Assembly (NCBI GenBank): GCA_964019335.1
Contig: OZ025735.1
Span: 124,001 to 188,000, forward strand
Source of the DNA: Diplonema japonicum
Lineage: Eukaryota; Protista; Euglenozoa: Diplonemea
Reading direction: 5' to 3'
Length of the DNA stretch: 64,000 nt
In this document: piece after piece, positions 9,501 through 19,448 of the stretch
Layout: every line of letters starts with the position of its first letter
Numbering within the stretch: position 1 is the first letter of the stretch
Position numbers and translations under genes: made by a program
Notes under the pieces: generated by a model
What the model saw: the letters and a program-made list of their open reading frames with translations, nothing else
What the model was told of the DNA's origin: nothing
Database searches by the model: none

Positions 9501-10912
9501 TCCTATACAGAGCCTGCAAGAAGGACGACAAGCTGTGGACACGCTGCGACGCCATTGCCAAACGGTACAGCGGGAAGAAGATACCGGTGGGACCGGTGGG
9601 CATCATGATGGAAAGGTGGCTGCCTCAGATCAAGTTAAGCTGGGCACAGCTGAAGGACACCCACGCACTGGAAAAGGAGCCCTACAAGCACTACATCAGG
9701 GACCGACTCAGGCGGGCGGAAGCACAGGAAATCATGAGCAAACGGAGCACCATGGGGGGCATGGAAGCTGCGGCAGCAGCGGAGACCAACGCGCTGTGGA
9801 GGAAGCTGGTGGTGACGGACCCGATTGCAGCAAGGGACGTGCGAAGGATCATCTCGGGGGCAGTGTTCTACATCAACCCACGGGGATGGCGCACGGACAC
9901 GGTGGAGCACATCCCGATGGCGGAAGGAGAAGAAGACGAGGATGAAGACGAGGCTGAAGATGAACAAGAAGAAGAAGAAGAGGAAGGACAGGACACCGAA
10001 AAGTGGCTGATTGCGGAGGCGAGGAAGCAAGAAGCTAAGCAGGCCGAACCCACGACGGCACACTGCGACATCTGCGGTCAGGAGCAACAGCTGCCCAACA
10101 TGCTGGAGCACGCACTGTGGGAGTGCGAAAAGGCCAAGGAAGTGCAACAGCGGGAAGAACACGAAGGCATGACGCGCAGGGGGCTGGAACCGTGTACGAA
10201 GCTGCATGGCATCCTGCCAAGGGGAGCAGGGAAGGATGTCAGGGAAAGGCTCGAAGGAACGCAGAGGTACCTGCTGGCGGTGGTGGGGGAGCGGGACGCA
10301 GCCCTACAAGCGAAGAGGCAGGAGGTGTACCACACACACCAGTGGCTGGAGATCACACAAGGTCAAGAACACCCAGTACCGTCGGACAAGGACTTCGGCA
10401 AGCTACCGGCAGGGGAAGTCCAACGGGAGTACACGAAGGAGGTGCTGAGGTGGATGCGGCAACTGCGCTGGTATGCAGGCAGCAGAAACACGTCAGTGTC
10501 GACGGTGGAGCTGGCACTGGATTTCGAGAACGTGACCGGGAAGACCCTTGGAGGGAAGCTGGGGGATCTCGCAGAAGTACAGCAGAAAGCGAGGAGATTG
10601 CATGGACTGATGAAGAAGATCTGGCACACATGGGAGCTAGGGAGGGTACTGAAGAAGGTGAAAGGAAGGAGGGCCTTCCCAGCTGAGCCGAGCACAAGGG
10701 TGCACACACTACGATCCATCGGGAGGACAAAGGCGGTGATCGGATGGAACAGGAGGGCGATATTTGCATCACCGAAGACCAAGCATGACCTAGAGGCATT
10801 GAAAGGACAATGGGCGAGAGAACGAAGAGAAAGAGCGGCCAGGCTGGGGAGAAGGCCGGCAAGACCACCAAAGGAGGAGAACCCGCTGCTGAAAGGGGAT
10901 AGGTGCAGGTAG
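6563..10912 (+). CDS. Retrotransposon ORF2: 2A-like peptide, AP endonuclease, reverse transcriptase, zinc-binding motif, C-terminal domain (start uncertain)
   Basis: APE motifs NVASL, TQET, SIYCP, GDFN, RIDRI, TDH. RT motifs AGIDG, RPITV, QYGFR, DFAKCFD, GILQGCPIS, YADD (8975-8986). CDIC...EHALWEC. No RNase H recognised. Confidence 0.95.
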   Translation: MRELHWKPPQLKTGRRKPGSEEEEDFARLTAQGIHPNPGPNMYVSTVNVASLRNQIEEVTTKLDVDVICTQETALTLAGQQEMERELGKKTKKKWKPMWGPPQPGRKVEGIASNWVAQRGGLATLIREPRTALPGSLDTNDQSEEQRRRWLHTQVAIDGKRRWLHIISIYCPAGTGREETAKRETLLHYILRKKAKELGNVPILVVGDFNTDEARSPELRKALQAGWADTADLCAKWRGKQPDPTFVRENCATRIDRILASPEAVPAITGCQVNQAIKGTDHRTLTVALELDRFRMTVQRYMLPRGLETADEPTEEQGAEAVEAAGFRQYLHEGNITKAFETLSRCTEDLLIDQPVGTPGRAAYVGRGKHTSTKEKEVCAPTTTGTVGAATTWQARLEKLKLKTRTLQQQLEQAVEDKGLSKPTLNTIRNVNREAKALAVPAEPVPHDAVLIEDMLAAALNMEDAIAAEERKKRTEANTSRRREYLAEVAAGRETTRLVKVAKGKRQSDGTRAVKEGMVLFASPGLIDSVMRKAWKTVFAKYESRPEPLYAPFKAKYSKFVQRHEMERTQLTGARLREVLRKKSKKSAAGIDGWRMLELRKLPESVLDAWAMLFHAIEATGRWPEAMKTALVTLVPKCDDAGPLEHRPITVTSAVYRLWACARLSDILIWQEKWIHDKQYGFRTGFGTEDALLDLALDIEESILEGKPLVGVALDFAKCFDSVPQQLVLELVEDMGMDTGILRALKGMYAGMRRRFRYAAGVGEEFHTTNGILQGCPISVVRINALLAVLMKQVENDTGVRSLSYADDAYLLARLGAALQEGVDAVEAFCKQVGMKLNTRKTKTFAVNRKTPEVKVKGEELQPTRTVGVLGAKLRTDGRPQTNGDRTAEALGTLSRLGATPLSFQQKAKIISSTILPSCLYDCPFSPPKTGQMATLVKETTYALWGQKYCTRNPGTVLSVTLPGHTSHPQMTAAYRALMLLYRACKKDDKLWTRCDAIAKRYSGKKIPVGPVGIMMERWLPQIKLSWAQLKDTHALEKEPYKHYIRDRLRRAEAQEIMSKRSTMGGMEAAAAAETNALWRKLVVTDPIAARDVRRIISGAVFYINPRGWRTDTVEHIPMAEGEEDEDEDEAEDEQEEEEEEGQDTEKWLIAEARKQEAKQAEPTTAHCDICGQEQQLPNMLEHALWECEKAKEVQQREEHEGMTRRGLEPCTKLHGILPRGAGKDVRERLEGTQRYLLAVVGERDAALQAKRQEVYHTHQWLEITQGQEHPVPSDKDFGKLPAGEVQREYTKEVLRWMRQLRWYAGSRNTSVSTVELALDFENVTGKTLGGKLGDLAEVQQKARRLHGLMKKIWHTWELGRVLKKVKGRRAFPAEPSTRVHTLRSIGRTKAVIGWNRRAIFASPKTKHDLEALKGQWARERRERAARLGRRPARPPKEENPLLKGDRCR
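6659..6682 (+). other. 2A-like (StopGo) motif GIHPNPG|P immediately before the APE domain
   Basis: ...FARLTAQGIHPNPGP-NMYVSTVN. Variant of D(V/I)ExNPGP. 2A-like motifs upstream of APE are known in trypanosome L1Tc/ingi elements. Confidence 0.75.
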
Positions 10913-11034
10913 AAGATGAGAACAAGGGGGCGTCTCACAAAGACTTCCTTTAACTCATATATTTTTTTCATTTTCAAATTTGACTCAAATCCAATATTCA
11001 CCCCCACCCGCCAGCGAATCTCAATACACACAAA

Positions 11035-11973
11035 ATGTTTAGGCGCAGTGTAGCCCTGATGGTGGGTGGCGGGTTGGGAGTGGTGGGAGGGTGTGTGTAC
11101 GCAAAGCCGAAGGACACCCCTGACTACCTTATGCCATTCTACCTCACCACCATGCGAAGGCGCTTCAACCACTACGCACAAACCATCAAGGACGGGAAGC
11201 GATGCATGACGAGTGAGGACTTCATCAGATCCCTCCTCTGCGCCAAAAAACCAAACCAAGAAATCCCACCCAACGTTTCCCGAGACTTAGATGGTCTCTT
11301 CAGAAACGTTGACGCAAATGGTGATGGAGTGCTCAGCTTCGCGGAATTCTCTCTATTTATGTTATTCCTGACCAATTCAAGGCGGAAATTCGAGCTTGCT
11401 TTTCAAATGTTCGACACCAACGAGTCCGGAACGGTTGATGTTGAAGAGTTTAAAGAAATCTGTTCCTGTTTGAACAACGATTCTACAGTTCGGTTCAACT
11501 TCAATGGTGGTATCACGGAAACATTTTTCGGGGAGGATTACTCCAGGCAGCTTGGGATGAACGAGTTTTGGTCATTTGTGGACTCCCTCCGGATAGCGGT
11601 GTGGAAAGCAGAGTTCACCCAATATGACCCAAACGACACCGGGTCTATCAAACCAGAAGAATTTGCCAGTCTTGTTACAGATTCCATGTTGGGGTCACAC
11701 CTCCCTTTCTACATTGTGGACAATATTCGCAAGATGAAGGCTAACCCACGTTTCGCGCAAAAGGAGATAAATTTTCCCATCTGGGAGTCTTTCAACAGGC
11801 TCATGATCAACTCCCCGCAGGTGGGGCGGGCTATTCAAACCTACACAAACGCTAACATCCCGCTGCGTAAAGAAGATTTCCTTCGTGCCATCAAGGTTGC
11901 TGTGAAAGACGATCTTGGGAAATCCATGGCAGAGGAGGTGGACTTAATCTTCGCAATATTCGATAGGTACGAG

Positions 11974-12007
<34 letters not shown>

Positions 12008-12216
12008 AGGGACGGGGACGGAAACTTGGAGTACGATGAATTTCTCTCAGTTGCACGTAATAAATTCAATTTCAACGCTCAGAATCACAAGTATGAGAGG
12101 GGGGGGGGGGGGGGGGGAGAAGGGGAAAAAGAAAAAAAAAAAACAGAAATACCGAAGATGCAATCCCCGCCTTCAAGTTGTTTGAGGAATGCTTGACACG
12201 AGCATGGTACATATAG
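11035..12216 (+). CDS. MICU: Mitochondrial calcium uptake protein (MICU1/2-like EF-hand), 360 aa
   Basis: MTSEDFIRS motif; EF hands DANGDGVLSFAEF and DTNESGTVDVEEF. Removing introns 11967-12009 and 12091-12146 restores FDRDGDGNLEYDEF and a C-terminal Cys helix. Confidence 0.9.
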
Positions 12217-12375
12217 CGAATGACGAAATATGATGGTTCATACGGGAAGGGAAAAAAAAAAAAAAAAAAAGACAAAAGTGAAAAAAAAAAAAGTGTAACA
12301 ACAGTTCCCCCCAGCTCTCCCCCCCTTTTTTTTGTATAAAACGGTTTTTTTTTTGTTTCCGCCTCTTTTTTTTTT

Positions 12376-12930
12376 TTTTATTTCACTCTTCGTCATTTTC
12401 TTCACTCACTAGGGGCCTCATTATTTAACGCGAAACGGCCATTATTTAACGCGAAATCGCCATTATTTAACTAGTTAAATAATGAGATTTTGCAGTTAAA
12501 TAATGGCCCTTCAGAGTGAAAAAATGGGTCTTGTCGTGGAAAAAAATGCACCCAACCCCTTGAAAAATTTTTTTGGGGTGGGGGTATTTTGACTATTTTT
12601 GGCCATCTGAGGCCATTCCAGCCCTTAAAAGTGGGAATAAGTGCCTTACTTCCCCTTTAAATGCCACGGCGAAATAGCTACCCTGTATTACCTTAGGAAA
12701 ATCCCCAAAAAGCTGACCTGCGTGAAAAAAAACAGCAGTGAAAGCAGTGAAGAGTGAGTGACTCAAATGACGAAGAGTGAAATAAAACGACTTACTTGCC
12801 GCCAAATGAGCCATTATTTAACACTCGTTACCCGTTTTTTTGCACTCGGGCCCTGCGGGCCCTCGTGCAAAAAATTCGGGAACTCGAGTTAAATAATGAC
12901 TCATTATTTGTTGGCAATAAATAGTTATTT
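12376..12930 (-). mobile_element. Non-autonomous hairpin-ended DNA element (Crypton-like architecture), copy/family A
   Basis: ~130-nt imperfect terminal hairpin (about 12788-12930). Perfect 23-bp IR 12376-12398 / 12765-12787. Repeated CATTATTTAAC motifs. No ORF; sits in a T-run. Confidence 0.75.
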
Positions 12931-13008
12931 TTTTTTTTTTTTTTTGCCCCTCCCCTCGAGTTTTCTTTTTAAAAAAAAATTATTTTTTTAACCCTTTTTT
13001 TTTTATAT

Positions 13009-14040
13009 GAGCTCGTCCGGACGAAAATGTCAACACTTTTTTGGGCACCTCCGAAAATTTCTTGTTTTGATTATTTGAGCAAAAAAAGGGCAGCATGCAA
13101 CCATAGGAAGATGACATACATGGTGTACATGACGCCGTTCTTTCAATTGCGATGCTTGTTTTGCCATGAGGGTGGCAGGCTTTGCAACCGGCTGCCCCCG
13201 GGAAGCGAAAAATAGAGGTCAGAAAAACGGCGAAAAATGTTTAAAGTGCATTTTATTGCTTAAAATGCAGCATCTAGGGTGCACATAAAATTGGTGATCA
13301 AGCGCACTTGTGACCCCTGGGTAGAACCCAGGGTCGGGTTACTGTTAAAAGTACTTAGCGAAAAATATATGGCGCCGCATAGCCCCCGAAAATCCGGGTT
13401 TTTTACACCCTATTTTCTGGCTTTTTCAAGGGGTTCTTAAGGGATTTTGGCCTTTTTCAGAAAAACCAATTCTTAACACTTGCCTGCTCGTGCAGAGCTT
13501 CGACATTGGTATCTTTGGGGCCAAACTTTCATTCTCAACCCATCTGCTGAGGTTTTTCCTTTTCTTTTGCACTCATAATACTTTAAAAGTGAAAAATTTG
13601 CTTTTTAAAGGGGTTTTAAAGGGATTTTAGCCTTAAATAGGCCAAAATGGCACTTTAAGGGTAAGTTCTCCCCACCCCATTTTAATAGTGATGTAGAGTC
13701 CAGCCCACCCAAAATGACCCCAAAGGTTTCACAGATTTTCAATCTGCGTCCATTCCTCCTGTCGCTTTTCACGGAAAAACGAAAATAAAAAATGGAGTCT
13801 GGGTTATTTGTAACTTCCAAATTGAATCGTTTGCCAAAAACCATTCTAAAAAACATGTTTTTGCACGTGCGTCTTAAAAATAAAACAAACGGCGAGCATT
13901 TTGACCTATATGGTGTTCAAGCTTAGACTGCATTTCTGCACACAAAGTGGTGGCCGGACTACTTTTTTACTTAGAAATTTAACGGGGGTTTTACGCCGCA
14001 TAGGAGGGTCATTTGTTGACATTTTTTTCCGGACGAGCTC
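13009..14040. mobile_element. Non-autonomous TIR DNA transposon (MITE-like), 1032 bp
   Basis: 27-bp TIRs GAGCTCGTCCGGA(CG/AA)AAAATGTCAACA (13009-13035 / 14014-14040, 25/27 match). ATAT on both sides. No transposase ORF. Confidence 0.88.
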
Positions 14041-14199
14041 ATATATATAAAAAAAAAAAAAAAAAAAAAAGAAACATCCTAATCCCTCAATAACACATTT
14101 TCATCGGAAGCAGAGAGGGAGGGGGAGGGGGGATTGTGTCGCGCACACACGCAAAAAAAAAAAATTAAAAAAAAAATAAATAAATAAATAAATAAATAA

Positions 14200-15846
14200 A
14201 TGCTGAGCGACGGTGAGTCAGATGGGAAGGGCAAATCAACCTCCTTATTGAACGCGGGAGAGTGGGCGATGGAAGAAAGCGTCGTGTTAAACAGCGAAGA
14301 GGGCGGCACACCGGAGCTGAACCCCTTGAGCATCGACCCACCAACACCAACAAAAACAAGCGAGAAAGCAAAGGATCTAATACATGACGGCGCCCGATCG
14401 AAACGCCCAGCGAACGAAGTATACGACACAGTGGAGTACATGCTGGACCTGGGGGGTTGTATGAAGAAAGAAAAATCACGGATAAACAAGCTAATTTGCA
14501 CCCTAACAGAGGATATGTGCCCCGTGGAGGAACTTTCCATCTTCTTCACATATCTTCAAGCTCTCCTCACAACACTGCTCTCCCCTGTGGCCTCCTTCGC
14601 AGAGAACAAGGAAATGGACGACGAAAGCCCCATCGTCACCATGATAGGAAACCACATAATGCGGGATATTGTCGATGCCTCACGAGCATCGTTGAAGTCA
14701 TACCACAAGGCGAGCTCCGGCAAACGATTGGGTATAAAAAAAGGCAGTTTTTTAAGGAGAAAATCAACACCAGCAGCATCCCTCAACAGGCGGTTGTCAT
14801 GCCACTCATTAATGCTACACGACACCACCTCATGCGATGTTGTTGTGAAATCATTCGGAACTGCATTCACGGGTGGTGATGACGCACCACATAAGGCAGT
14901 GGACAAGCGGAAACAACGACCGGCATCTAGGATCGACCGGGCTGGTTCCGCAACACCAACACCCCTGCCCTCGTATGACACCACACCGCCGTCAGCGCCC
15001 GTCCACCCTCCGAAGAGAAATAATTTACAGAGAAAAGCATCAATGCAGGTTGAAGGCAGAATCAAATACCCTCCATTCGATGACTTGTTTTCTATGAAAT
15101 ACTTCGATATCATTATCGAGACGGTGTGCGTGGTGTTGTGTGTGAAGTACGAACATCAATTAATGGAACTATCAACAGAAGGCGAGGACAGTGGGGTACG
15201 CAGAGCAGCGGAATGGATCACAGCTCGTTTTCTAGATGAATTCTACAATGATGGAATAGACCCGCAACAAGCACTTTGCGAACAATTGGTATTGTGCGCG
15301 GAAGGTCTCGCCATTGAAGACGGTTCTTACGTGTGGCGGCGGTGTGGAAACGTTGATCAAAATGTCATTGCCGTGGTGTGGGGCGAGGCTCCCGAAGACG
15401 TTCTTGCCGGGGTTTTAAAAAGCAAGGATGAAGGGCATACTTGGTACGAGTGGGGGATGTTTGCCCAGCCGGGTGTTAGAACACCAGACGGACGCTTGTT
15501 TACGTCACCCCGGCTGAACCCTTTGCAATATCGGTACCGCCTTGCCCCTGCATGCATCGCATCCTCATTGGAGCTTCGGAACACAAATACAGCACCACTT
15601 CGCGCGCCGAGTTTTCTTTTAACCAGACCCGGTGCCACAATGGCCGCACCCAATGGTGGTACTTTTGAAGGAATTACGCTGTCTGAGCCTCCAGAGGGTT
15701 CGGAGCATAAAGGAGGTAATTTGGGGCGTCCGAAGTCTACGAGGCACAAGCAACCACGTGTTGTCGTGGAAGAGCCGCCACTGTCGCCTGACGACTCGTA
15801 CTGCGATACGTATGTAGGGAGAAAGAGTGAAATAGAATTTTTTTAA
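14200..15846 (+). CDS. Hypothetical protein (548 aa)
   Basis: Long intronless ORF with protein-like composition, bounded by low-complexity spacers. Confidence 0.8.
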   Translation: MLSDGESDGKGKSTSLLNAGEWAMEESVVLNSEEGGTPELNPLSIDPPTPTKTSEKAKDLIHDGARSKRPANEVYDTVEYMLDLGGCMKKEKSRINKLICTLTEDMCPVEELSIFFTYLQALLTTLLSPVASFAENKEMDDESPIVTMIGNHIMRDIVDASRASLKSYHKASSGKRLGIKKGSFLRRKSTPAASLNRRLSCHSLMLHDTTSCDVVVKSFGTAFTGGDDAPHKAVDKRKQRPASRIDRAGSATPTPLPSYDTTPPSAPVHPPKRNNLQRKASMQVEGRIKYPPFDDLFSMKYFDIIIETVCVVLCVKYEHQLMELSTEGEDSGVRRAAEWITARFLDEFYNDGIDPQQALCEQLVLCAEGLAIEDGSYVWRRCGNVDQNVIAVVWGEAPEDVLAGVLKSKDEGHTWYEWGMFAQPGVRTPDGRLFTSPRLNPLQYRYRLAPACIASSLELRNTNTAPLRAPSFLLTRPGATMAAPNGGTFEGITLSEPPEGSEHKGGNLGRPKSTRHKQPRVVVEEPPLSPDDSYCDTYVGRKSEIEFF

Positions 15847-16926
15847 AAAAAAATCTTTAAATAAAAAATAGTGATTTATATGCTTGGTCATTTGAAGAAG
15901 CTCTAAGACAGCAGCGGGAGAACGAGGGGAACGATGGGTACAACCAGTTGGAAAGGTATGAATAATATTTTAAAAAAAAAAGAAAATGTTATTTCCCTCA
16001 TCTTATAGTAGCCAAAATAGTAGTAAAGGCAAATGTTTGCCTTGTTGTGCAGTGGCGTGAGGGGGGGGGGGGGGGAGAAATAGGTCAAATATGTTTGTTG
16101 TGTACACATCCCGTGGCTTTTTCTCTCTGTTTTTTTTTTTTCTTTCTTTGTACTCACTCCCCCTCAACTCTTTTCACCATCCTGTTGATGGTGCTAGTCT
16201 CTTACTATGGAATCGTTTTTTTAAGGGGAGGGAGAAATGGTGGAGGAACTGAATGTCAGAGTTTTTTTCTTTCTTTTTCTCGTTCGATTCATTTTTTCAA
16301 GAGAATTAAGGGAGAAGAGGGGGGGAAAGAAAATAACAGACAGAATGAAGAAATATGCAAAAAAGAAAAAAAGAAAGAAAGAAAAGAAACTCGAGACGGG
16401 TGAAGTTGAAGACAGAGAGGAGAACCGGAGGAGTTCTGTGATTCATGCAAAAAAGAACAGGAACGAAGAAGTAGAAACGCTAATTGGTTGTGAAAAGATC
16501 GGGGAAAAAAAAACGAAGAAGGGGAAACTTTATTCCCCCCCCCCCCCTTTGCCATGATTTGTTGGCTTATTTACCTTTCGAAAATGAAGAAATTGTCCAT
16601 TCTATAATCCTTCTGTCCCCATTGGAACAACAACAACAACAACAAAACAAAAAAAAAAGAACGGGGGGACTTTTCATCTCATTTCTCTTCTTCCCCTTCA
16701 TCTTTTCTCTGTTTCTTCTCTTTTCTCTCTAGCACGATATTCACCAAAAAAAAAAAAAAAAAAAAAGGCCTGCCCTCCCCCCGCCTGCCCTCCTGCGAAA
16801 AAACAAAAAGTAAACTTTCTCTCCTCCCCCCATCCCACAACTTTTTATTATTATTATTATAATAATGATAATTTTTTGCTTCTTCTTCTTCCCCCTCGAA
16901 TAATAAAGGTCTCTTAACAACGTAAC

Positions 16927-19448
16927 ATGGCCGGCCTGATAAGCATGCTGGTGACGGCGGCCGTAGGGAGTATTGTTGTAAACAGAAACGATCTTGGTGC
17001 GGTGTTCGATGGTTTGGGTGGTCTGTCCGGAGGTGGCGCAACGAGCAGGCTATTGGTGGACTACAAAGAGCCACAGAGAACTCAGATTCTGGATTATCTG
17101 TTCAAACCGAATTTCGGTGCCTCGCTGCAGATCCTTAAAGTAGAGATCGGCGGGGACAGCCAGTCCACAGACGGCACGGAACCATCGCACATGCACTCGA
17201 AGGACGACCTCGACGTCACGCGAGGCTATGAATGGTGGCTGATGAAAGAGGCCAAGGCACGGAACCCCGAGATCAAACTGTACGGTCTGCCCTGGGCCTT
17301 CCCCGGATGGGTGGGCAACGATCCTGCAACAGGGGCCCCATCGGGAAGCCCCTTCACATACCCTAACCAAACCTCCCACTACATCTTAGAATGGCTGAAG
17401 GGAGCGAAGCAGGCCCATGGTTTGGACATCGACTACATCGGTGTCTGGAACGAACGGTCCTCTACTGCAGCATACGCAGCGTCTTTGAAGCAATCCATGA
17501 GAAATGCTGGATTCGACACCAAGCTCATCGCCAAGGACGATGCCCCGGGTGTCTTCTGCGACCAGCTCAAAAAGGACCCTGAGTATGCCAAGCAGGTTGA
17601 CATAGTGGGTGTCCACTACCCTTCCGACTACGGGCATGCTGATTACTTTGTCTGTCACGAGCTTGGGAAGCCCCTATGGGCGTCTGAGGAGTCCTCTTCT
17701 TACGATGACTTCAACGGTGCTGGATGCTGGGCCAGAATCGTGACCAGCCACTACGTCCTCAGCGGGATGACCGCTTCTATCATGTGGAACCTTGTTGGTG
17801 CCTACTACCACGGTACCAACTGGTACGCCTCGTCGATGCTCACCTCCGTGCAGCCGTGGTCAGGGTACTTCGAGAACCTCGAGGTGTTGTGGGCCACCGC
17901 GCACCTTACCCAATTCACCAAGGTCGGTTGGCAGTACCTCAAGAACGATCATGGCAGTGGGAAGCTTCCGGAAGGTGGGTTCTACGTCACCTTGGTGGAC
18001 CCCAAGGGTGACGACTTCACTATGATGTTTGTCAAGATTTCGTGGCGTGACGGGGAGTGCACCCGCCCGCCGCTCCCTCCTTACAACGTGTCTGACGAGG
18101 TGGTGACCATCAAGCTTGACGCCAGCATGAAGGCTCCACATGACTTGGTGGTGTTCAGGTCCAACTTCGAGAATGAGGCAAAGCCCGTCTTCGTGCAGGA
18201 GGCGAACATCAACATCGTGGACGGTGAAATCGCGCTCCCCGTCAAGGTGGGCGACGTCATTACCGTGTCCACAGTACGCACCGCCAGGAAGGGGCACTAC
18301 GAGTCGCCTCCTTCGAGCCCCGCCTTCCCCCTCCCGCACTTCGATGACTTCGAAGCAACCACACTGTCACAGGAGGCCCCTTACTGCACGGACCAGATCG
18401 GGTCCTTCGAGGTTACGAAGGAGGAGACGAACCCGAAGAACCAGGTGATGCGGCAGATGGTGCCGCAGCTTCCCATCGGATGGTCCGACCACGGGTCCAA
18501 CGGCCCCATGAGCTTGATCGGGATGATCGAGTGGCGCGACATCGACATCAGCATCGACTTCAAGGTCCCCGTCCTGGGCGCCTCGGGGTGCATCGCCACT
18601 AGGATAAACCAGATGTGGCACAACGGGATCGTGCTGTGCGCTGACGGGCATGGGCAGTGGAACCTGTCGTACAACGGGCCGCCCGTGGACGGCGATTGGG
18701 GGAAATACAAGCTTGTGAAGACAGGAATGGTAGCACCGTTGGGGGTAGGGAAGTGGAACAATCTGCGCCTGAGGACTCTGGGTGGGAAAGCGGACGGTGT
18801 GCTCGGAGGGAAGACACTGTTCACGCAACAAGAGGTCAGGAACGTCGATTCCGGGTTCGGGGGGTTCGGGACGAACTTCTGGCACGCAGTGGAGTACGAC
18901 AACCTTAACATCACAAAAATCGTGTCGGGGGACAACTGGTCGCCGACGACGCCCTCCCCTTGCCCTGCGAAGCCCCAAGTAGGCCAGGTTCTCACTGTCA
19001 CAAGGTGTAAAACGAATGGCATTGCTGAGGACTACCAGAGCTTTGATCTAACTTCTGACTGGCAGATCATCCATCGCCCTACAGGCCTCTGTGTCACTGC
19101 CCCTGAGGCAGCTCCTGGTGCCGTGCTCACCCTGCAGTCCTGTGTGTTCGGGAATGAGATGCAGCAGTGGACAAACAAGTACACTCGTATCAGAGATGAG
19201 ATTATTCCCCTCTTCCTTCGCAACACGCTGGTCAGGCTTGCAGGGACTGAGCAAGGCGCTGCAACAACCACCATCACTGGGATGGAAGGGGTCAGAGACT
19301 GGGCAACTTGGACTTACTTCCCAAACACTTACCAGGTATTTCATAACAAGGGGGAGAAAAAGAAAATTACAAATAACAGCTCCGCAACCAGTACAACACG
19401 GATGAACGCCTCGGGCTCGCAATGTGTCTCACTGCTTGCACGCACTAG
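16927..19448 (+). CDS. GALC: Galactocerebrosidase (GH59) with C-terminal ricin-B-like lectin domain, 825 aa, probably secreted
   Basis: FDGLGGLSGGGATSRLL, LQILKVEIGGD, GTEPSH, YGLPWAFPGW, GVWNER, LWASEE. Hydrophobic leader. Intron 19336-19379. Confidence 0.95.

Larger units (their letters stand above)
4787..10956 (+). mobile_element. Apparently full-length non-LTR retrotransposon (APE-RT type, Ingi/Vingi-like or unassigned clade), two ORFs, no poly(A) tail
   Basis: Uninterrupted ORF1 and ORF2. Flanked by the exact 12-bp direct repeat ATATATTTTTTT (4775-4786 and 10957-10968). Purine-rich and free of the long homopolymers seen in the flanks. Confidence 0.93.
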
